Shown here piece by piece: positions 26,490 to 34,116 of a DNA stretch of 64,000 nt. The notes beneath the pieces were generated by a model. It saw nothing but the letters and a program-made list of their open reading frames with translations, had not been told where the DNA came from and did not search any database. Origin of the DNA: Candidatus Nanosyncoccus sp. (GTDB lineage Bacteria > Patescibacteriota > Saccharimonadia > Saccharimonadales > Saccharimonadaceae); NCBI GenBank assembly GCA_045578285.1, contig JAZNJY010000004.1:9500-73499 (forward strand), in the 5' to 3' direction. Within the stretch, counting starts at the first letter, position 1. Every line of letters starts with the position of its first letter. The position numbers and the translations under genes were made by a program.

Positions 26490-27671
26490 TTACTTTATAT
26501 TCTTTTCGTACTCCACATCGGTAACATCATACTTCTGGCGATTGCCGATGATGGACAAAATCTTTTGCGCACCCCATCCGATCAACGCTAAAACAAAGAA
26601 GTATATAAACCCGAAAGTAGTGAACTCGGGTTCCGACTCAGTAAATAAGCTAAGAATAGCCGCACCGGCAGACATTGATGTGACGATCGTCAAGCTATTA
26701 ACCGATTTGCTCGTAACATCAGCCTTTAAGTTCTCAAACTGCTTTTGGGCATCCCTAACATAATTTTCGGTCATATCCCACAGATACTTAATATACTCCA
26801 ATGTGTCGCGCAGGGTTTCATAGCGATAGCCTGAAATCTCCAGAAACTCAGAAAGATCCTTATCCTGCTTGGCGATTTTCTCGCGAGTAGGAAGATAAGT
26901 CCCCATTTGGTTAATACGCCCGTCAATCAAATTGATGGTTTTAGCATAACCCTCCAGCTTAGTAGTGAACTTCACTATCTCAGAACCCTTAACTCTAGAG
27001 TGAGCTTTTACATCGTCAATCTTCTCCCAGATAATACGATGGATGTTCAAATAGCGGTGGAGTTGGCCCTTAAATTCACGAATGAAAATTTGCTCCTCAA
27101 CATACCGCTCGATTTCGTCATTTGACTTAGTTTTATTATTGATGAAATAGTACTTGTTCCCGCGCAAAACATCATATTTTGAATTCTTAAATTCGTAGTA
27201 TTGGCGGCCTTCTGTTTTGGCGAGCAAACTCTGAATTTCTTCCTGCGTAGCCTTCTCCAAAACAACAAAGAACGGATAGATGTTTTTAATGCCGGCGAGT
27301 TCTTTTGGCACCGGAGCGCCGAGGCTAAACAAATAATTAAAAGCCGGCGAAAGCCTCGTCTCGTAATAGTCTTTGACCTTTTCGATATCGCTAAACAAGG
27401 TCTCCTCCGAAACCATAGTATTATTAAGCACGATTAGACCGTCCTCAAATATTTTGACATTGATACCCTCGGCTGTAGAAAAAATTAAATACTCTTCACC
27501 GGAAGAACCATATTCAAGGTTGCCGATCTTCAAATTCTTACGGAACTCGTCGACCTTTTTCTGTTGCAATTTGACTTGAACTTCCTCTCCACGCAGAAAG
27601 TCATAAATCTCTGATAGCTGTAAAGTAGTCCGCTGGAACCACCCGCCTACAGATATATTATTGATTTTCAT
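26490..27671 (-). CDS. Hypothetical protein with C-terminal double TM segment
   Basis: 393-aa ORF, RBS AAAGGAG, 13 nt after the upstream transporter gene; no family recognised. Confidence 0.65.
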   Translation of the reverse strand: MKINNISVGGWFQRTTLQLSEIYDFLRGEEVQVKLQQKKVDEFRKNLKIGNLEYGSSGEEYLIFSTAEGINVKIFEDGLIVLNNTMVSEETLFSDIEKVKDYYETRLSPAFNYLFSLGAPVPKELAGIKNIYPFFVVLEKATQEEIQSLLAKTEGRQYYEFKNSKYDVLRGNKYYFINNKTKSNDEIERYVEEQIFIREFKGQLHRYLNIHRIIWEKIDDVKAHSRVKGSEIVKFTTKLEGYAKTINLIDGRINQMGTYLPTREKIAKQDKDLSEFLEISGYRYETLRDTLEYIKYLWDMTENYVRDAQKQFENLKADVTSKSVNSLTIVTSMSAGAAILSLFTESEPEFTTFGFIYFFVLALIGWGAQKILSIIGNRQKYDVTDVEYEKNIK

Positions 27672-27684
27672 TTTGCTCCTTTCT

Positions 27685-28626
27685 TTATTGCATTAAAATT
27701 ATGCCGATTACTATTAAAATGGTGGCAACAAGGTGGACAATAATAGCGCGACGACTGAGGTCTTCGCGTCCAAATCTGGGCCAGATGGCGGTCACAATAA
27801 GGCCCATAAGGAAAATTACAACTGGCTTTGAAGAATCGGCAACCACAGAAGCAAGCGCAATTGATGGCGCGGCGATCATGGCGCTATATTGGGCAAAATC
27901 TTTCACTATACACATAGAAAAAGTGCAGATAAGTGGCCGATAGACTTTTCCATGGCTACTTTTGACTACCGCTTTGTGGCGCTTGCGCCATTTTGGCATA
28001 CAGGTCATAATAATTGCGTTACCGACACCTTTGCCCAAGAAAGTGAACGCTAGCTCGATAATAAATGCAATCTCCGCCGTATTCTGCTTAACGAAGATCA
28101 AATTCGCCGAAACTACCATTACGACATAAAGAAGCGCAAAAGCGGCGGCTTTTAGCTCCATGCGTTTGCCCTTTCGTTTTTTAGCTGAAAAAATTATTAG
28201 TAGCGGTGCGGCCAAGATCACAAAAAATGCAATTAGCTGTGGGAGTGAAATACTGTCGCCCAAAAACAGCCAGCCGAGTATAAGATAAAGAATTGGTGCG
28301 AGTTGCACGAAAATACCTAGGTTGGTCGAATTATCCAGCTCTAAAACCTTATAATAAGGTATGCCAGCGAAACTAGTAGTTAGACCAGAAATGAAGAATA
28401 GTGCTAGAGCGCCGATAGGCGCAACCGAGAGAGAGAGAGAGAGAGAGGAGTTGGCTACGCCAACAATGAATAATACAACCGCTAATATAATAAAGGCCAT
28501 AGCATAGAAATACTTCTGTGAAGCCGCGCCCTTACCTTTGTAGTAATAATCAGAGATATAGTTATCAATATAAATGCGAGATGAGTCCGACAATACCGAA
28601 GCCGCAGTATAGATTAACCAATTCAT
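27685..28626 (-). CDS. DMT-superfamily (EamA-like) transporter
   Basis: About 10 TM segments in a two-fold repeat, ~313 aa; TGcTATAAT 7 nt upstream of the ATG. Confidence 0.7.
   Translation of the reverse strand: MNWLIYTAASVLSDSSRIYIDNYISDYYYKGKGAASQKYFYAMAFIILAVVLFIVGVANSSLSLSLSVAPIGALALFFISGLTTSFAGIPYYKVLELDNSTNLGIFVQLAPILYLILGWLFLGDSISLPQLIAFFVILAAPLLIIFSAKKRKGKRMELKAAAFALLYVVMVVSANLIFVKQNTAEIAFIIELAFTFLGKGVGNAIIMTCMPKWRKRHKAVVKSSHGKVYRPLICTFSMCIVKDFAQYSAMIAAPSIALASVVADSSKPVVIFLMGLIVTAIWPRFGREDLSRRAIIVHLVATILIVIGIILMQ
28428..28447. repeat. (GA)10 / (CT)10 dinucleotide microsatellite inside the transporter CDS
   Basis: Counted directly: gagagagagagagagagaga, encoding SLSLSLS on the minus strand. 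Confidence 0.95.
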
Positions 28627-28672
28627 AATTTATATTATAGCATAAGTTTATTGTACTCCTGCAGCTTTGCCC

Positions 28673-28719
28673 GTATGTCTTTCTTATATACTGTTAATAC
28701 CTGGCGAACTAAGCCCCAC
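28673..28719 (+). repeat. R-repeat copy 1 (~47 nt family)
   Basis: gtatgtctttcttatatactgttaatacctggcgaactaagccccac; ~75-80% identical to copies at 30182 and 31688. Confidence 0.7.
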
Positions 28720-28762
28720 CAAACGGTTTATAAAAATATTTTTATCTATTCCGCAATCTATA

Positions 28763-28878
28763 GATATCTGTTAAATCCCTTGGGAAAATAGAGGGCTATT
28801 TTTATGCAATTTTTGTGATAAAAACACGCCAAAAAATTATAATTTACCTCTATAATTTTGTCGGTTAAATCTCCTGCA
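28763..28878 (+). repeat. Repeat copy C containing the 71-nt perfect core (28788-28858)
   Basis: Identical 71-mer atagagggctattttt...cctctataattt; flanking GTTAAATC(C/T)C motifs at 28770 and 28863. Confidence 0.85.
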
Positions 28879-28880
28879 AA

Positions 28881-30183
28881 CTACTTATCTCCAAGCGCAT
28901 GCACACCACCATATTTATCACCATCAATTAGGTAAATTGGTACTCCAAAAGATTTAGCATACTGCTTTTGTAAATCAGTTATATTTTCAGTATTATTACC
29001 AAAAACAATTAAGCAAGATGGCATAATCAATTTATCCCCAGCTAGACGATCTAGCACAACTTCGTTATAGCTAGACATTGCGTCTTCTGCTCCAGTTTTT
29101 TAATTAACTCATTAGGCATCATCAACCTTTCGTTGCCGTGGTTACCAATAATACTATAACGAGAGCGAGCATTTATCGAGCTACCAGCATCTTCTTCAGA
29201 CATTGTTACAATTGAATCATCTTTTATGTCGGTGAAACCAAATATTATCTCGCCATGTTTAAAGATATTGATTTTGTCGCTCGAGATTAGCGATGTAGAT
29301 AGCCCGTGAGGAATATAATCGGTGCCCGCACGTGGACTTTCCCATTCGTGTTTTGGATCATTAATCAGTAAATCTTTTGCGCTTTTTTCTCCTTGAGCTG
29401 AGTGCATAGCATTACGAACATGTGCTAAAATCTTAAAATCTGCACCCTCAAAATGCACGATAGGTGTACCATCCTCTAATATCTCGTGGACGAGTCCATT
29501 TTGATCGAAACCATCATCATGAAAAAGCTCTTGCTGATATGCTCGATTATAATACCTTAAGATTTTTCTTTTTGCTAATCCAACATTTTTGCGTAATTGT
29601 TTGGGGTCGGAATTATCTGGTAGCGCTTCTCCCATCAGTACTTGATAGACTAAACCTATATCGCTTGCTTCCTGTTCGGAAATTATGCCATCTTTAATAT
29701 ACTGCTCAACTTTTTCTTGGTCGAAGGTGGGCTCTCTTGTGTCATAAGAACGTTCTTCACTGAGCGTCCTGCCGTCTTTTAAGACAATAGTCATTCTGTG
29801 AATCGTGCCATCAGGATTCAGTTCATCTGGTTTTCTTTCGGCAACTTGACCGTCCAATACCGCTTTCAAGATTTCTTGGTGGATAGCGCGATTTTCGCCT
29901 TTAACGCCCCAACGTTTATACCCATCAATCAATCCGACGACTTGAAATTCACGCGCTAAACGATCCCGATTGCGTCCAAATAGTTGCTCGCAGGTTGCGT
30001 CAATTTCTTTGGTTGACCTCGGCAACTCGCTTTTGTTAGCATCTGAACTTTCTAGGCGACCCATTTGACCGGCTAAAGCGGCGACATCTTCCCGGCCAGT
30101 TTCAGAATTGGGATGTTCTTTTTGTTGAATTGATTCCGGACTTGTCTATTATTTATTATATCAATATTTTGCATTTTCTCCAT
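28881..30183 (-). pseudogene. Unknown-function gene split into three reading frames (36 + 337 + 65 aa) at two A-runs
   Basis: MEKMQN... (30183-30073), MGRLESS... (30064-29051), MSSYNEVV... (29078-28881). The frames reconnect by a -1 shift (or a +1 A) at A5 (30119-30123) and A6 (29096-29101). RBS GAGGAAG lies before 30183. Confidence 0.65.
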
Positions 30184-30228
30184 ACGCTTCCTCTGTATAT
30201 TGTCAAAACCTGGTTAATTAAGCCTTGC
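30182..30228 (+). repeat. R-repeat copy 2
   Basis: atacgcttcctctgtatattgtcaaaacctggttaattaagccttgc; on the minus strand it carries the RBS of the split gene. Confidence 0.65.
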
Positions 30229-30301
30229 TACATATATACCAAACATAAGTATTATGTGCTATTATTATAATAACGCAGGTTAAATTTATTTAAGGAGATT
30301 T

Positions 30302-31543
30302 ATGAGCCAAGTTAGACAAAAGGACAAATTTTTAAGAATGATATCATGCTTTACGGTGGCAATTCTAGCGTTGTCAAATATTTACATTCCTAAGGCATCC
30401 GCCACCGAAAGCTATTTTACCGCAGAAGGTAGCACGCTCAATCTTGACGAAATTGACCCGTCCGAACCAGACCAGCGTTTAGTCGATGTAAGACTAAAAG
30501 CGACACGCGAAATGACCATCCATTCCATGCACGGATACTTCACACCCATTAGTAACGATGATGAAGAATTAGATCACTATATGAGCTGGATGGATTATTC
30601 ATCTGGCATCAGCCACCTGTGCTATTCCATGTCAACCGGTGAATTTGACTGGAACACCCTAGACTGCATCGATGATGCCGTCGGTGACGACGGTATCCAT
30701 GTCCAAGCTGGTGACACTCTCGTTTATGTTACCTTCGAAGTAAAAGATGATGTCGAAGTTATGAAACGAAGTATGCCAGTCACCCTCGACCTCGCCGTTA
30801 TCGACGACGGCACCGAAACCGGCAAAGAAATCCGAGACATCACTATGGACGCTTATGTAAGGGCCGGTCACGAACTTTCCGTTTATAAACACATAACTGG
30901 CAATGGAACTCTTGATGTGCCAGATGTAGTAATTGGCGGTACTGATGTAGAAGTTGGAATTGTACCAGAACCTGGCAATGAGCTAGTATATCTAGAATTG
31001 AACGGCCAAGAAGTCACCGATCAGATACAAGACAACATTTTCAGAGTAACCCCCGGTTCAGAATCTTTGACTTTCTATGCAACCTTCCTCCGAGTTTACA
31101 AAGTGTTAGAAGGTGACGGTGGTGAGCATGTTAAAGGCAGTGAGGAAACATTATCCTTTAAAATCGACAACGATGTAACAGAATTCTGTGGTACAGGTGT
31201 TCTCTCAATTGATGGCGAGTATCTAGATATGCGTACAGATTGTGAAGTAGACCCAGACAACCAGACTATTATTCTTCCGGCTAATATCCTGAATGCACTT
31301 GGAGTAGGCGAACACTCCTTTGAGGCATGGTTCTCAGAGCCAGAATCGGGAACTGCTAGAGCTAGTTTCAAAATAGTAGAAGAGAGCGATGATGAGGAAG
31401 AGAATGAATCGGTTCCTAATACCGGTGTGTTTACTGGCGAAGGTGGTAGCGCAGGGATTACTAATAATTTCGTGGCTACCGTTGCGGTTGCCGGGATTGT
31501 CATAGTGGCAGGCGTTTTAATGAAGAAAACGAAACGGGAATAA
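30302..31543 (+). CDS. Sortase-substrate surface protein (LPXTG-like VPNTG sorting signal)
   Basis: Signal peptide ...PKASATES; C-terminal VPNTG + hydrophobic stretch + KKTKRE tail; acidic Ig-like body. Confidence 0.8.
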   Translation: MSQVRQKDKFLRMISCFTVAILALSNIYIPKASATESYFTAEGSTLNLDEIDPSEPDQRLVDVRLKATREMTIHSMHGYFTPISNDDEELDHYMSWMDYSSGISHLCYSMSTGEFDWNTLDCIDDAVGDDGIHVQAGDTLVYVTFEVKDDVEVMKRSMPVTLDLAVIDDGTETGKEIRDITMDAYVRAGHELSVYKHITGNGTLDVPDVVIGGTDVEVGIVPEPGNELVYLELNGQEVTDQIQDNIFRVTPGSESLTFYATFLRVYKVLEGDGGEHVKGSEETLSFKIDNDVTEFCGTGVLSIDGEYLDMRTDCEVDPDNQTIILPANILNALGVGEHSFEAWFSEPESGTARASFKIVEESDDEEENESVPNTGVFTGEGGSAGITNNFVATVAVAGIVIVAGVLMKKTKRE

Positions 31544-31548
31544 TCTGC

Positions 31549-31671
31549 ACCCGAGCTAGTATTACCGAACCAGGTTATACTAATATTCATGATGTAAAAG
31601 ATGGCGATGATTTGCTTCTTGGGTATGTTTTTCCAGAGCTATGAGGGTTCTATGATGTTGGCGCTATGAAG
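31549..31671 (+). pseudogene. About 125-nt remnant of a paralog of the lipase-like gene at 63036-63998
   Basis: Translates TRASITEPGYTNIHDVKDGDDLLLGYVFPEL*GFYDVGA versus APRASITKTGYTNIHDVKDGNDLILGYVFPELWGFYNTGT; in-frame TGA at 31642; no start codon; truncated at both ends. Confidence 0.8.
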
Positions 31672-31687
31672 TTCTGTAGTTTTTCTT

Positions 31688-31734
31688 GTATGTCTTCCTT
31701 GTATGTTGTTAAAACCAGGTATATTAAACCCCAC
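31688..31734 (+). repeat. R-repeat copy 3
   Basis: gtatgtcttccttgtatgttgttaaaaccaggtatattaaaccccac. Confidence 0.7.
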
Positions 31735-31777
31735 TAAGAGTAATTTTATTTAAAAATAAGCATAAAAAGGTCTTGTA

Positions 31778-31826
31778 AAACTAAATGTGGTGTTGTATTA
31801 TAGATTCAAGACGCTAAATGTAGGGT
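31778..31826 (+). promoter_or_regulatory. Two NrdR-box-like 16-mers overlapping a putative nrdD promoter
   Basis: AAACTAAATGTGGTGT (31778) and ACGCTAAATGTAGGGT (31811), each ~12/16 to my remembered acaCtAtATaTaGtgt consensus, 33 bp apart. TTGTAA-17-TATTAT lies between/over box 1. Confidence 0.4.
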
Positions 31827-31911
31827 GCTAGAAAAAGCATTACCACGTAGTTGCCCGAAAATAGGTCATATAATTACAGTAATTGAAATACGTTGAAGGA
31901 GGTATATTTCA

Positions 31912-34116
31912 ATGTTCAAAAAAATTATTAAACGGGACGGAAAGATTGTTAAATTCGATCCGGAGAAGATTGCAGAAGCTATTTCTAAGGCTGGTTTGGT
32001 AACGGAAGAATTTAAATATGATCGGGCAAAAGCTTTGGCAGACAAAGTCTTGAAACGTGCTGAAGAGGAAATTAAGGAGCGCACTCCACACGTAGAGCAA
32101 ATTCAGGACATCGTAGAAGATGTTTTGATGGAATCTAGTTTTAAGAAAACCGCCAAGGAATACATCCAATACCGTCAGGAACGTTCCAGAAGGCGTGAGG
32201 CAAAATCTGATCTTATGAATATTTACAAGACGATTTCTCATGCGGATGCTTCAGAAGATTCTGACGTGAAGCGTTCAAATGCAAACGTCGATGGCAACTC
32301 TGCTATGGGTAAGATGCTTCAGTTTGGCGCGGAGGGTGCAAAGGTTTTTGCAAAGGCGTTACTTCTCCGTCCAGATATTGCCGCAGCGCATGATAATGGG
32401 GATATTCATATCCATGATTTAGATTTCTACGCAACAGGGACTTTGACTTGCTGTCAAAGTGATCCGTTTGTGTTGTTTGAAAACGGCGGCTTCAATACTG
32501 GTCACGGACATCTTCGCACTCCGAACTCAATCGGTTCTTATGGTGCGCTTGCGGCAATTTTGCTCCAGGCAAACCAGAACGAACAGCATGGCGGCCAATC
32601 GATTCCAAATTTTGACTATGCGATGGCACCTGGAGTCAATAAGTCGTTCCGCAAAGCTTTGAAGCGCAATCTTGAAAAATATAACAAGTTTTCTGGTAAG
32701 AAAATAGACCTTAAGGTATCAGATGATATTAATTATGGTGATGATGATAAACTGAAGAAGGCAAAGTGGCCAAAAGAAGTGATTGAAACTTCGAATGAGG
32801 ATGTGAATCGCGAAACCTTGCAAGCCATGGAGGGATTCGTGCACAATCTCAATACGATGCATTCTCGTGCTGGCGCACAGGTGCCATTCACGTCAATTAA
32901 TTTTGGTACAGACACTACTCCAGCTGGTCGCTTGGTCTCTAAATATTTGCTTGAAGCTACCGAAAATGGCCTAGGTAAAGGCGAAACGCCAATTTTCCCA
33001 ATTTCTATTTTCAAGGTAAAATCTGGTGTCAACTACGAGCCTGACGATCCGAACTATGATTTGTTTAAAAAATCTATGCAGGTTTCTGCGAAACGTCTCT
33101 TCCCAAATTTCTGCTTTATTGATGCTCCATATAATCTTAAGTATTATAAAAAAGGTGATTACCGTACGGAGATTGCGACGATGGGCTGCCGTACGCGTGT
33201 GTTTGCAAGTGTATTTCCTGAGTCTGACGGTATTGTGACTGGACGTGGTAACTGCTCGTTCACTACTGTAAACTTGGTAAGAATTGGTATTAAACACGGC
33301 ATTTGTCTTGGCGAGCGCAAAGAAGCGGACTGGGAAGGTTTCTATAAGGAGCTTGACGAGAAAATGGACCTCGTAAAAGATGAGCTTCTCGAACGTTTTG
33401 AGTTTCAAGCCAACCAACATGTGCGCAACTTCCCATTCTTAATGGGACAAGGCAACTGGTTTGGTTCTGAAAAGCTTGGTCCAAATGATACGCTTCGTGA
33501 TGTAATTAAACACGGTACGCTTTCGATTGGTTTTATTGGTCTTGCGGAGACTTTGGTTGCAATGACTGGTAAACATCATGGTGAAGATGAGGAATCTCGC
33601 GAGCTTGGCCTTGATATTATTACACATATGCGTGAAAAATGTGATGCATACTGCAAAAAATATCATCTTAATTTCTCATTGCTTGCTACACCAGCAGAGG
33701 GTATTGCGGGTCGCTTCACAAAGATCGATAGGAAAGAATATGGCGTCATTAAGGGCGTAACTGATAGGGAATTCTATACCAACTCATTCCACGTGCCGGT
33801 TTATTATCCGATTTCCGCATTCGAAAAGATTGATATCGAAGCTCCATATCATAATCTCTGCAATGCTGGACACATTACATACATTGAGCTCGATGGTGAT
33901 CCATCACAGAATATTACGGCATTTGAAGCAGTAATTCGCAAGATGCATGATGCTGGCATTGGCTACGGTTCGGTAAACCATCCAGTAGACCGCGATCCAG
34001 TCTGTGGTTTTTCCGGCATCATTACTGGCGAAAGGTGTCCACACTGCGGCAGGCTTGAAGGAGATGTGCCGTTCGAAAAAGCTTACAATTGCGATACTTG
34101 CGCGAAAGGCAAATAA
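31912..34116 (+). CDS. nrdD: Anaerobic (class III) ribonucleoside-triphosphate reductase, ATP-cone N-terminus; C-terminal glycyl-radical motif not recognisable
   Basis: ATP-cone MFKKIIKRDGKIVKFD.EKI; core NrdD similarity throughout (…TMGCRTRV…, …VNHPVDRDPVCGFSG…CPHCG…CDTC); followed by nrdG. Confidence 0.85.
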   Translation: MFKKIIKRDGKIVKFDPEKIAEAISKAGLVTEEFKYDRAKALADKVLKRAEEEIKERTPHVEQIQDIVEDVLMESSFKKTAKEYIQYRQERSRRREAKSDLMNIYKTISHADASEDSDVKRSNANVDGNSAMGKMLQFGAEGAKVFAKALLLRPDIAAAHDNGDIHIHDLDFYATGTLTCCQSDPFVLFENGGFNTGHGHLRTPNSIGSYGALAAILLQANQNEQHGGQSIPNFDYAMAPGVNKSFRKALKRNLEKYNKFSGKKIDLKVSDDINYGDDDKLKKAKWPKEVIETSNEDVNRETLQAMEGFVHNLNTMHSRAGAQVPFTSINFGTDTTPAGRLVSKYLLEATENGLGKGETPIFPISIFKVKSGVNYEPDDPNYDLFKKSMQVSAKRLFPNFCFIDAPYNLKYYKKGDYRTEIATMGCRTRVFASVFPESDGIVTGRGNCSFTTVNLVRIGIKHGICLGERKEADWEGFYKELDEKMDLVKDELLERFEFQANQHVRNFPFLMGQGNWFGSEKLGPNDTLRDVIKHGTLSIGFIGLAETLVAMTGKHHGEDEESRELGLDIITHMREKCDAYCKKYHLNFSLLATPAEGIAGRFTKIDRKEYGVIKGVTDREFYTNSFHVPVYYPISAFEKIDIEAPYHNLCNAGHITYIELDGDPSQNITAFEAVIRKMHDAGIGYGSVNHPVDRDPVCGFSGIITGERCPHCGRLEGDVPFEKAYNCDTCAKGK

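Noticed and set aside
26395-28858. Possible CRISPR array or integron attC sites, given the repeated 71-mers
   Set aside because: There are only two copies 2.4 kb apart, and they enclose full genes. The unit has no short regular spacer periodicity, no cas genes, no intI, and no attC-like imperfect inverted-repeat structure.
31642-31644. TGA aligned with a Trp codon of the paralog: possible UGA=Trp/Gly recoding as in some reduced or CPR lineages
   Set aside because: The TGA sits in a truncated, frameshifted gene remnant. The window encodes a normal tRNA-Trp(CCA) and no UCA-anticodon tRNA. Well-supported genes show no internal in-frame TGA, and the ORF track was translated with the standard code and gives full-length conserved proteins.
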